Source: Octopus sinensis (taxonomy: Eukaryota). From it: a stretch of DNA of 64,000 bases. This document shows positions 52,934 through 64,000 of the stretch, piece after piece. Location: contig NW_021834672.1 of NCBI RefSeq assembly GCF_006345805.1, positions 3,693 through 67,692 of the forward strand, read 5' to 3'. The stretch's first letter is position 1. The number at the start of each line of letters is the position of its first letter. The notes beneath the pieces were generated by a model. That model was not told the DNA's origin and made no database searches. It saw nothing but the letters and a program-made list of their open reading frames with translations. Both the position numbers and the translations under genes were made by a program.

Positions 52934-52999
52934 AGGTATGCACGCCTGACAAGGAATAGGATCTCCACTGCGATGACACTGGTGGAGTTTTCTTAGCTG

Positions 53000-53359
53000 C
53001 GGTTGGATGGAACTTATACCCGCCTCCTTATGAGAGCTCAAAATCTCTCGTGGAAGCGCCATCCAACCAAAGTACAAATATATGGGAAACTACGACCTGT
53101 ATCAACTATTGTGAAAGGTAGAAGAGTTCAGTTTGCTGGACATTGTTGTAGAGCTGAAAATGAGGCAATTTCTACTGTTCTCCTCTGGAAGCCATCTACT
53201 CGCGATACCAGAGGGCGCACACTCTCCTACCCTGATGTAATCTCCAGGGATACAGGCATCCAGCAACAGGACCTCCGTAATGCCATGATGGACCATGAAG
53301 TCTGGCGTAGCATAGTAAATTCCATTGTCTCGACCACGGTCGAACAATGATGGTGATGA
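53000..53359 (+). mobile_element. 5'-truncated RTE-type LINE 3' end nested in the Helitron
   Basis: LDGTYTRLLMRAQNLSWKRH...RRVQFAGHCCR...LLWKP...AMMDHEVWR*, (TGA)n tail. TSD TTAGCTG at 52993-52999 and 53360-53366. Confidence 0.88.
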
Positions 53360-54792
53360 TTAGCTGTTCCTGGAGATAGAGGAAAGACATTATTGATCAG
53401 CCAGCTCTTTGCCAAGGTGAGACAGAAGAAGATTGCTCTGGATGTTACATCTGGAATTGCAGCCACACTCCTAACAGGTAGGAGAACAGCCCTTTCAACA
53501 TTCAAACTGCCTCTGGACCTGATCCAAAATGAATCTCCATTGTGCAACATATCGAAGTATACACTACAAGACTTCAGAAACAATAAGAAGATCATGGGTG
53601 GTGTCACCCTCCTCATGGCTGGTGACTTCAGGCAAACTCTACCTGTCAATCCCAGAGGAACATAGGCAGATGAGCTGAGAGTTTGCATCATGTCCTCATA
53701 TACCTGGAAACATGTCAAGCAGTTTACTCTGGAAACTAACATGTGGGTTCGCATTCATGGTGCCCCACTAGCTGCATATTCTCCAAGAAGTTACTTGACA
53801 CTGGAAATGGAAAACTTCCACAGGATCCAGAAGATAGTCGGCACCACCTCCCATGTAGCAATATCACTGCCTCTCTTGAAGAATTGAGGAGCAGGGTCTT
53901 CCCAAACATTGCCACAAACTACAAAAGTCACATGTGGCTATGTGAAAGAACACTTCTAGCACCAAGGAATGACGTTGTAGACCAGATGAATCTAAATTTG
54001 TTGTCACAGCTTCCAGGACTTCAATGTTCATACAGATCAATTGACTCTGTCCCTGATCAAGAACAGGCAACGCATTGCCCAGTGGAGATCCTTAATTCAC
54101 TTCAACCACCAAGATTTCTGCCACACATTCTGATCGTGAAAACAGGTGCTTCCGTAATGCTGTTAAGATACTTTGACGCAACCAGACTCTGCAATAGAAC
54201 ATGGTTGCTTGTTAAAACAGCCATGCCTCGTGTGTTGCAAGCAACAATAATTACAGCCAACATGATGTGTGAGAATGTCTTCATTCCAAGTATCCCTCTC
54301 ATCTCAAATTATCTTCCCTTTCATTTCAAGCGACTGCAGTTTCCTGTCAAACTGAGCTTTGCAATTTCTATCAACAAAGCACAAGGTCATTCTCTATGCT
54401 TCTCACATAGTCAGCTGTATGTTGGATGTTCCAGAGTTGGAGATGAAAAGAAATTCTACACTCTCAGTGATGGCAAGACAGAAAACATAGTATATGAAGA
54501 ATCACTTACATGAATAATATGTGCATGTAATATACAGAAGTGTAAAACCAATTAGTGTTAAATGTAAGTATTACTTACTGAGAAATACATTAATCTTACA
54601 CTACAAGCAATGAATACTATGTTAAGGCTATGGGTTTATAACCTAAGTGAAACTGGGTCCTTCTGCTTGTATTTGTATATATACATATATATATAAGTTC
54701 AGCAAAATTTAGATTCAGATGAATATGGTACTTAAGTCAAAGGCACCAGAATTTTGTATGGTATTATCCATATAAATCCATGGAGTGGTTAC

Positions 54793-54938
54793 AATCAAAA
54801 TAAGCAACAATTATATCCGAGGTAATGTGGTACGATCGTTTCATGCTACTTCATTTTAATAAAAGTGTTTAATAAAATGAAGTAGCATGAAACGATCGTA
54901 CCACATTACCTCGGATATACTTGTTGCTTATTTTGATT
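54793..54938. repeat. Near-perfect hairpin (71-bp arms, 4-nt loop)
   Basis: 54793-54863 and 54868-54938 are reverse complements with two mismatches. Confidence 0.95.
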
Positions 54939-55169
54939 ATATATATATATATTAATATTTATATTTATATACAGCAGACTTCCACGCAGTGTCTGCCTAC
55001 GAAATTTATTCACAAGACATTAGTCGGTCTGGAGTTGTAGTAGAAGACACCCAAGGTGTTGTGCAGTGGGACTGAACCCAAATCTTCCTTATTGCAAAGC
55101 GATTTTCTTAACTACAGAGTCATACCTGTACCTACAATGACCATTTTATATTTTCAATATTGCCATACC

Positions 55170-55580
55170 TTAAAGGCTTAGCGGTATTTCGTCCATCAGG
55201 TGGCGAGCTGGCAGAAATGTTAGCACGCTGGGCGAAATGCGTAGCCGTATTTCGTCTGCTGTTACGTTCTGAGTTCAAATTCCGCCGAGGTCGACTTTGC
55301 CTTTCATCCTTTCGGGGTCGATAAATTAAGTACCAGTTACGTACTGGGGTCGATGTAATCGACTTAATACCTATGCCTGTCCTTGTTTGTCCCCTCTATG
55401 TTTAGCCCCTTGTGGGTAATAAAGAAATAGGTATTTCGTCCATCAAGAATTTGTCTTTCATCCCTTAAAGGTTAATAAAATAAGCACCAGTTGAACACTG
55501 GGGGGTGGGGGGTCGATTTAATCAACTTACCCCCTGCCCCAAAATTGCATGCCTTGAACCAAAAATTCGAAATCAATATT
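55170..55580 (+). mobile_element. Young family A SINE (55199-55429) inserted into an older family A copy
   Basis: TSD GGTATTTCGTCCATCA at 55183-55198 and 55430-55445. Confidence 0.88.
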
Positions 55581-55877
55581 GTCATATTTTACAAGAGCTA
55601 CATGTGTTTGAAATATCGCAGTAGACGTGAAAAAGATGCATCTGAAGTGAGGAACATGAAGTAAATAAGTTAAATGACTTGAATCGTTATTCATCAGTTC
55701 TTATTTTATTTATTTTGTTATTTTCCTATATTGAAAATTGAAATGAGCTGCAAATAACTGAAGGAAAACGAAAAATCAAACAAAAATTCATGATGAGACA
55801 CGTACATATCGTGATTTATTTTTACTTTATTTTATATAATCTCTTTATATTATTTCTCATCAGTTTTATAAGGATAT

Positions 55878-56790
55878 GCTGGCGCTCCGTCGGTTACGAC
55901 GACGAGGGTTCAAGTTGATCCGATCAGCAAAACAGCCTGCTCAAGAAATTAATATGCAAGTGTTTGAGCATTCCACGGATGCATGTACCCTTAACTTAGT
56001 TCTCAGGGAGATTCAGCGTGACACAGAGTATGACAAGGCTGACCCTTCTTTAATTACAGGTACAATTCATTATCCTTTCTACTATAGGCACAAGACCTGA
56101 AATTGGGGTGAGGGGGATAGTCGATTACATCGACCCCAGTACTCAACTGGTACTTAATTTATCGACCCCGAGAGGATGAAAGGTAAAGTCGACCTCGATG
56201 GAATCTGAACTCTGAACGTAGCGGCATACGAAATACCTATTTCTTTACTACCCACAAGGGGCTAAACACAGAGAGAACAAACAAGCACAGACATAGGTAT
56301 TAAGTCGATTACATCGGCCCCAGTGCGTAACTGGTACTTATTCAATCAACTCCGAAAGGATCAAAGGCAAAGTCGACCTAGGCGGAATTTGAACTCAGAA
56401 CATAACGGCAGACGAAATACCTATTTCTTTACTACCCACAAGGGGCTAAACACAGAAGAGACAAACAAGGACAGACAGACGGATTAAGTCGATTAGATCG
56501 ACTCCAGAGCGTAACTGGTACTTAATTTATCGACCCCGAAAGGATGAAAGGCAAAGTCGACCTCGGCGGAATTTGAACTCAGAACGTAACGGCAGACGAA
56601 ATACGGCTACGCATTTCGCCCGGCATGCTAGCGATTCTGCCAGCTCGCCGCCTTAGGTACAATTCATTATCGCCAGCTAAGTGGACCGAATCAAGGTATA
56701 AAATAAAATGTCTTGCTCAAGGAGACAACGCGCTGCCAAGAATCGAACTCGCGATTGTGAGCCAAATAGCCCAACCACAAGGCCACGCTC
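55878..56790 (-). mobile_element. SINE family D split by a three-unit family A SINE (56075-56654, -)
   Basis: 17-bp TSD AGGTACAATTCATTATC at 56058-56074 and 56655-56671; family D tRNA-like head at 56720-56790. Confidence 0.85.
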
Positions 56791-57153
56791 ATAACGCACA
56801 AGGCCATGTCATAACGAAACGACGTTAAGTGAGAAAAGATGTTAAGCGAAACGATGTTAAGCGAGTAATGCGTCGATAAGACTTGTTCGTCTTACAGTAT
56901 TACCGAGTTCGCAGTGTAATACAGCAATACTGTAATACTATAAAAATAACAGTTTCCACGAGGACCTGTAGTTTCTGTGTTGCCTAATTATTAAGATTTA
57001 AGTTAATAATCTACGAAGCGGCACAGGATTACGCAACACGCTATTCTATATATTTAGCAAGATGTAACCATTCAAGCGTGTCTGTATTTATTTATTTATG
57101 CACGTACTGTTGGCTTGTATGTGTGCATGGCATGCATCTATAATTATATATAT

Positions 57154-57250
<97 letters not shown>

Positions 57251-57388
57251 CATATACATACATGTATATATACATACATATGTATATTTATGTATGTATA
57301 TATATATATAATATAGTGAGAGAGAGAGAAGAGAGAGATGCATAGATACATATATACGTACATATGATAGTGTGTGTGCCTGTGTGTG

Positions 57389-57439
<51 letters not shown>

Positions 57440-57523
57440 ATTCTCAATGCTTCTCTACGCACGAACTGTTTGCGTGTATGAGTGCATGATATGCATCTAT
57501 AAATATATAATATATATATACAT

Positions 57524-57563
<40 letters not shown>

Positions 57564-57577
57564 CTGCATAAATAGAT

Positions 57578-57692
<115 letters not shown>

Positions 57693-58512
57693 CGTATATA
57701 TGTACGTATATATATATATTATATATATATATATGTATATATGGAGGGTTGTATTGTGTATACAACACATTGTGGTTGCTTCTCTACGCCCCAAAATTCA
57801 GAATTCATATATTCTTACTTTCTGGTCATGCACCGTTAAAATTCAAGACTTGTGTAACATTACGTGACAAGTTATATATTATTTTGTGAGGACACCTAAC
57901 GGTGCAATGGAAAAATAAAAAAAATAAAAACGTGTGCAATCAAAGAAAAATATATTTAAAAATAAAACAAGTCTCCATTTTTATTCTTCTTCTTCTTCTT
58001 CTTGTCCTTATTGTTTTTGTTATTGTTGTTGTTGTTGTTGTTGTTGTTTCTTTTCTCAGTGTTATGCTTTCTGTTATATTAAGCATGGATGAAACTTGAG
58101 AATTCTCTGAACAGCATCTTGTAATTGGAGGCAATAATCAGTTGGATTCGTACGTATAGAAAGAGCGCTGTATGTTGAAACGTTTCCACCACACCTCAAT
58201 AAGCAATTACACTGTGGATCTTGGATGCCGATACAGAATATACGCTGAATTAAAACTTCCAAAGAGTGTTAAAAGGCTTTCGTTACTTTTAGAAAATATC
58301 AAGATTCTTATTTATTCGACTCTAACCATTAGTAACGTAACAAGGTTGCAAAGCGAAAAAATTCCGTTTCATATATATATACATATAATTGCATATATAT
58401 GTACACACACACACACCACACATATATATGTATATATAAATACATACGCATATATATATGTATATATATATATATATATATGTATATGTCCGTGTGTGTG
58501 TATATATACATA

Positions 58513-58557
<45 letters not shown>

Positions 58558-58944
58558 ATATATATATATATATATATATCATATATATATATATATATGT
58601 GTGTGTGAATATTTTGTGGATCGTTCATCCTAAATCGAAACCAGTGAACTTGAGATCAGACAACACTTGCTCTCTTCCAGGTTGGTTTGGGTTTTTCTTT
58701 CTTTTTCTAATTTTATATTTGTATTTCCCATTTGATTTAAAAAGTAGTAACTCAACAAAAAAGACAAAAAAAAGAAAGAAAAAGAAAATAATTTCAGAGC
58801 ACCGAACAAAATAAAAATGCTCTACCGTACAATATTAGTTTAATCCCTCTGAATTTTTTAATTCGAATCTTTCTTGGTTTGGATTAATAAATACCAGTAA
58901 GACACTGCGGTCAATTCAGCTGATTAACAATTCTCCCTAAAAGC

Positions 58945-59100
58945 TGTGTGGCTAAAAAGCTCGCTTTGCGACCACGTGGTTTTGGCTTCAAGTCTCACTG
59001 CGTGACACCTTAGGCAAGTGCTTTCAGCCATAGCCCTCGACCGACCAATGCCTTGCGAGTGAATTTAGGAGAAGGAATCTGTGTGGAAATCCGAAGTGTG
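58945..59100 (+). mobile_element. SINE family B 5' half
   Basis: GCTGTGTGGCTAAAAAGCTCGCTT...CACCTTAGGCAAGTG. Confidence 0.75.
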
Positions 59101-59176
59101 TGTGTGTGTGCGTGCGCTGTCTATTTGTGTATATGTTTGTGTATATTTCTTTAATACAATTCCTAATAATATTTCA

Positions 59177-59471
59177 GAGGAACATGACCTAGTGGTTAGA
59201 GCAGCGGATTCGCGGTCGAGGGATCGCGGGTTCGAATCTCAGACCGAGCGATGTGTGTGTTTATGAGCGAAACACCTAAGCTCCACGCGGCTCCGGCAGA
59301 AGGTAATGTCGAACTTCTGTTGACTCTTTCTCTCACTCTTTGCTCCTGCATCTTGCAGCTCACCTGCGACGGATCAGCGTCTCATCCAGGTGGGGAACCT
59401 ATATGCCAAAGAAACCGGGAAACCGGCTCTTATGAGCATGACATGGCTCGAGAAGGAACAAACCACAAAAC
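59177..59471 (+). mobile_element. SINE family C
   Basis: TSD AATAATATTTCA at 59165-59176 and 59472-59483. Confidence 0.9.
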
Positions 59472-60460
59472 AATAATATTTCATTATAAAAATATAACAG
59501 GATTTTTTAAACGTCAACTGGTTATGAGGGCCCATTTGATTAAAATAGGGATCAAAGGGTCCATAGATAAGAAAAATGGTTGAGAACTGCTGATCTAAAG
59601 GCCTCCTAAGATAATGTTAAGGTTTAAACCGTACCATATACCAAATCTAGCACTCAAAATTAAATCGGGTGCCGTAGCTAAAACCTGTCTGTAACTAAAT
59701 CGTTTTGATGGTCTGTTTACAAGTCGAAGTTAAGCCGAGGACTGTATTAGACCACGCATCCAAAGTTAAACCTACTCCTGCATTATAAATAGACTGCCAT
59801 CTATTTTCTTTTTTGTCAATTAGATAAATAGAGATTTTATTTATTTCATTGTCAACTAAATATAATGGGATATAAAAATATATGCAAACCGAAAGAGATT
59901 TCGATAAGAATAAATCAAAAGGACAACGTTTTTAGTCTAAGTTGTCTTCCAGATCATTTTTTATGTAATAAAAAGAAATAATTTAAATACCGGAAAGTAA
60001 TATAAATAGTATAAAATAGAGAGCAAAATAGAATTCAAGAAAAAAGAAAAAAAGTTGAAGAAATTTAACATTTTAAGATGAAAATTAAAAAATGAGAAAC
60101 GTTTTTTTTTTGTGTACGAAATAATTTTTTCAATAAGCAACTTCAAAGTGAAAATGCTAAAAATAACAATGAGACAAATAATGTATTTAAAGACAAAAAT
60201 TGGAAAATACTTACATATACAAATATAAACTGAAAAAAAATGTTAGCAACAAATTTTCCATTTCCCGTCTATAATTTATTACATACGTTTACGTAATAGG
60301 TAAGAAACGTTGAAAATTACGTATAATCTAATAGGTAAACGCAATAGGTGCCTAGATGGGACCGACTTCCTACAAACCGACGTTGAATGAATAGGTTACA
60401 AGATCCATGGAAATACGAGTTGGCTTCAGGAAATGTAGAAATAGAGCCAATGAAAGTATA

Positions 60461-60679
60461 CTCTCTTTCTCTCTCTTTTACTTGTTTCAGTCATTTGGCT
60501 GTGGCCATGCTGGAGCACCGCCTTTAGTCGAGCGAATCGACCCCAGGACTTATTCTTTGTAAGCCTAGTACTTATTCTGTCGGTCTCTTTTGCCGAACCG
60601 CTAAGTTACGGTGACGTAAACACACCAGCATCGGTTGTCAAGTGATGTTGGGGGGACAAACACAGACACACAAACATAT

Positions 60680-60718
<39 letters not shown>

Positions 60719-60881
60719 CGATGGGCTTCTTTCAGTTTCCGTCTACCAAATCCACTCACAAGGCTTTGGTCGGTCCGAGGCTATAGCAGAAGATACTTGC
60801 CCAAGGTGCCACGCAGTGGGACTGAACCCGGAACCATGTGGTTGGTAAACAAGCAACTTACCACACAGCCACTCCTGCGCC
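60461..60881 (-). mobile_element. SINE family B, full length
   Basis: Complete head, body and tail; TSD AGTATA at 60455-60460 and 60882-60887. Confidence 0.92.
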
Positions 60882-60923
60882 AGTATAATGAAAATAAACG
60901 ATAAACAGGTAAAACATCACATC

Positions 60924-60959
<36 letters not shown>

Positions 60960-63094
60960 GACAGCTTAAACATATATAATGTAACAAATAAGGGAGTGGA
61001 AAGTGCGGGTAGTTCTTTACAGCTGTTTCTGGGTTGTGGTGTCATTAAAAGCAGGCATCTGCATTGTTCTTTATGAGGTTTCGGCCAATGATTCTCAAGG
61101 TTTTTACTAATCTAGGTTGAATCAATACAAATTTTTCTGTTTCTCATCAGTGACATTACTGTACGAACTTCCTGGATTTCTCCCTATCAATGACGAACCT
61201 GAATCAGCGTTTGTTCTCTTGAACCCTTGGTTTTCTGCTAAATTGGTGTGTTTACATAATACAGTCAATAAAGGTAATTCCAGCAACATAGACGAATCAG
61301 TGGAACATAGTATGATAAGGACGTCTTTTGATTTACTGATGATCCTTCTGGACTTCTTCCACGCAGTTTCTATTTATATTCAATTTCTCTTATGGCTAGG
61401 ATTGACTCAAAGATATTCAAAAAAGGCAATTGCCTAACAGATTACACTGGGATTAAACTAGTAAACTCATGGTTGTGAAGTAAACTTCTTAAACGTATCG
61501 TAATCCTGGCGGTATTATAATCAGTTAAATATTATAATTGGCGGGTAATATTTTGATATGGAATGTTGGAAAGCGCTTGTAGTATGTAAATATGGAGAGC
61601 AGTTGTTGCTATCGTTATCATCTCTACATTTGGTTAAAGGGGAAATTGCATTTGTATCGTTAAAACACCAGTCTCCAAGGGCTTGTTGGAATTGTGAGAA
61701 GCGATTTAATTATGAAATCGAAGATATGCTTGATTATGAATAACGGTAATCCATCATATCTTGTACTCGTTTGAAGACATATTTGTTAATATGAGGGTGA
61801 TTGAAATATTTGTTTAATTCCGTTTAAGGAACTTAATGCAGATAGCATTAAGGGTGGTTTGCCTAATTCCTTTTAATGTATTGACTAAAATATGTCGTAT
61901 CATGGAAACGCCTCGTTGGGTTTGTTCTTTGTGTTTCTCCAAGAGTTATTCAACTCAGTAAGTACAAGGATAACTTCGTGTTGCTCGTGAGGAACAAGGA
62001 ATAAAAGCGGTTGATTCAATTCTCTTGCCTTTCCTCTTTTCCACCTTTCTTGATGCCATTGCAAAATGTCATCGTGGCTTAAAACGTTAGCCCCGACGAC
62101 TGCCGTTGTGTTGTGGCTGCTGTTTTACGCTAGTAGCCACAATAGTTACTAGTCATCAGATGCCGTTGTATCTCTTCGTACCGGAATAGTAATACGCTAA
62201 CTTCTGTCTTTCTGTCGCTGATAGCTCCACAAGACACCGACTAGAAGTGTCGACTCTCAACTCTTCGACTCTCGACACTCTCTTGACGACCGACTACTGG
62301 TGTATTTATAATGGCTGATTCCTACCACTTTTTTACCGGGCGGAGTATACAATTTCACTATACGACTAAAAGATAAGTCCTAGGGTCAATTTGTTTGACT
62401 AAAATCGTTCACCGCGGTGCTCCAGAATGGGCACAGTCAAATGACTGAAACAGATAAAAGAATAAACGAATAAAAATAGAAGGCAACACGATTATTCGGC
62501 TGCAATCTCCTTTGTTCTTATTATTGTCTAACTGCGAATCAAGCCGGTCCACAAGTTTCGTTATTTAGGGGTGTTTTAGACAGACCCAAACTATATTTTG
62601 TTCAATCGTCGTTTATGTAAAGTGACCTTCAAATTTTTTTTAATGGTTGATATGATTTGGTGGAGATTGGGATGGGTGGAAATTTGACTGCTATGTCTAG
62701 CTGATCGAGAAACCAAATAGAGAGTCCACACACACCACCGTTGACTCACAACGACAAAGAGCAAAATCTGAAATCTGACTGGTTGTGTGGGCTCGAAGCG
62801 TTTGGTGGATGACCGGATGACTGGATGACTAAACAAAAAAGTAATGGAAAGAGCAAAAGAGAGCAGAGAGGGAGAAAAAAAGAGAGGGAAATGAGAGAGA
62901 GAGGCGATGGGAGGGAGGTGGAGGAGAGAAGCGGGTGGGATAGAGTTAGTTAAAAATTTGCTGCAAAATCTCGTCAATCCATTCTTATTTTGTTTATGGT
63001 CTGTTTCTATTGGTCGGTCGAAATTCATAAAAATTTAATTGAAATTCACATGAAAGGCAATTGTGGATTTCGGTTTTGATGCTGTCTGTTGTTA

Positions 63095-63109
63095 CTATGG
63101 CTGATGCTG

Positions 63110-63141
<32 letters not shown>

Positions 63142-63823
63142 GGTGGTGATGGTGGGTGAAGGAGGTGGTGGTGGGTGAAGGAAGTGGTGGTGGCGATGGT
63201 AGTGGTGGTGGTGGTGGTGTGGCGGCGGCGGCGGCGGAGGAGGAGATGGTTGGGGCGATGGCTGTGTGGGGAGTAGTAGTAGGGGTGGGGGGCTGATGGT
63301 GGTTGTTGTTGTTGTTGTGGTGGTGGTGGTGGTGGGTGAAGGAGGTGGTGGTGGTGGTGGTGGTAGCGGCGACAGCAGCGGAGATGGTTGCAGCGATGGG
63401 TGTGTGGAAAGAGGGAGTAGGGGTAGGGCTGATTGTAGTTGTTGTGGTGGTGGTGGTAGTGGTGGTGAGGATGGTGGTGGTGATGGTGATGGTTTACGAT
63501 TGTTTTTATACTGGTGTGCGTGTGTGTATATCCGGTTGTATATGTGTATGTGTCCGTGTGCCCATGTGTGTGAGTGTGTGTGTGCGTGTGTGGATGTTTG
63601 TGTTTGTATCTGTGTATCGGTGTGTACGTGTGTGTCCGTGTGTACGTGTGTGTGTAATGCGTGCGTGTAAGTGTGTAAACGTGTATGTGATGGGGGTTTA
63701 TGACCGTGGTGTGTGTGTGTGTATGTGTGTAAGAGAGATAGTGTGCGGCGGGGTGGGGGAGTACTTTTATTCTTCTTGAAAATAATTCAAGAAAACTGAA
63801 AAGCTCGACTTCTGGCAATATTA

Positions 63824-63862
<39 letters not shown>

Positions 63863-63900
63863 GAAGGAATAAAGAAAGAAAGAAAGAAAGAAAGATCAGG
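63095..63900. repeat. Low-complexity (GAT/GGT/GTT), (TG)n and (GAAA)n tracts
   Basis: Visible directly in the sequence. Confidence 0.9.
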
Positions 63901-64000
63901 ATTGTGAAGGGAGAAAGGGGTAGCAATTGTAGTCATGCTGCTGATGATGATGGAAGTGGCGGGGGTCGTCGTCGTAGTCTTAATGACCATCGTGGTGGTA

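Larger units (their letters stand above)
52316..54670 (+). mobile_element. Internally deleted Helitron (RepHel N-terminus + Pif1-family helicase), decayed
   Basis: N-terminus MPRGKVPKFSRVSRSAKRM...AARASE. Helicase GGVFLA/VPGDRGKT, SGIAATLLTGRRTALSTFKLP, MAGDFRQTLPV, WLCERTLLAPRN, FKRLQFPVKLSFAISINKAQGHSL, QLYVGCSRVG. 3' hairpin ACCTAAGTGAAACTGGGT then CTGCTTG. The 5' boundary is approximate. Confidence 0.9.

Noticed and set aside
53743-54513. Host PIF1 gene
   Set aside because: Intronless, frameshifted, degenerate motifs and a Helitron terminus indicate a transposon remnant.
56075-56654. CRISPR-like or satellite array
   Set aside because: The repeats are ~190-bp SINE units in eukaryotic DNA, with no spacers or cas genes.
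61440-62330. Possible retroelement coding remnant on the minus strand
   Set aside because: No motif could be assigned with confidence.
62994-63926. 310-aa His/Thr/Pro-rich ORF
   Set aside because: Concatenated microsatellite translations.

Overview
This is AT-rich, microsatellite-saturated eukaryotic non-coding DNA. The repeat repertoire suggests a cephalopod, probably octopus (inference only). No host protein-coding gene is recognisable, and nearly all ORFs in the supplied track are microsatellite translations. The window is a nested mosaic of decayed mobile elements: four or more tRNA-derived SINE families (many with clean target-site duplications, TSDs), two R4/Dong-like restriction-endonuclease LINE 3' fragments, RTE LINE fragments, two Helitron helicase remnants, a DD37D (maT-type) Tc1/mariner element, a Tigger/pogo remnant, and probable Penelope and integrase remnants. 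The strongest unexplained signal is RNA structure. About six minimal type I hammerhead ribozyme (HHR) motifs and several half-motifs occur. Two divergent copies (9153-9410 + and 35755-36079 -) of a short non-coding element carry an HHR followed by four hairpins whose pairing is conserved despite sequence change (retrozyme-like). A TSD-flanked tRNA-headed element (47617-47910) also carries an HHR motif.
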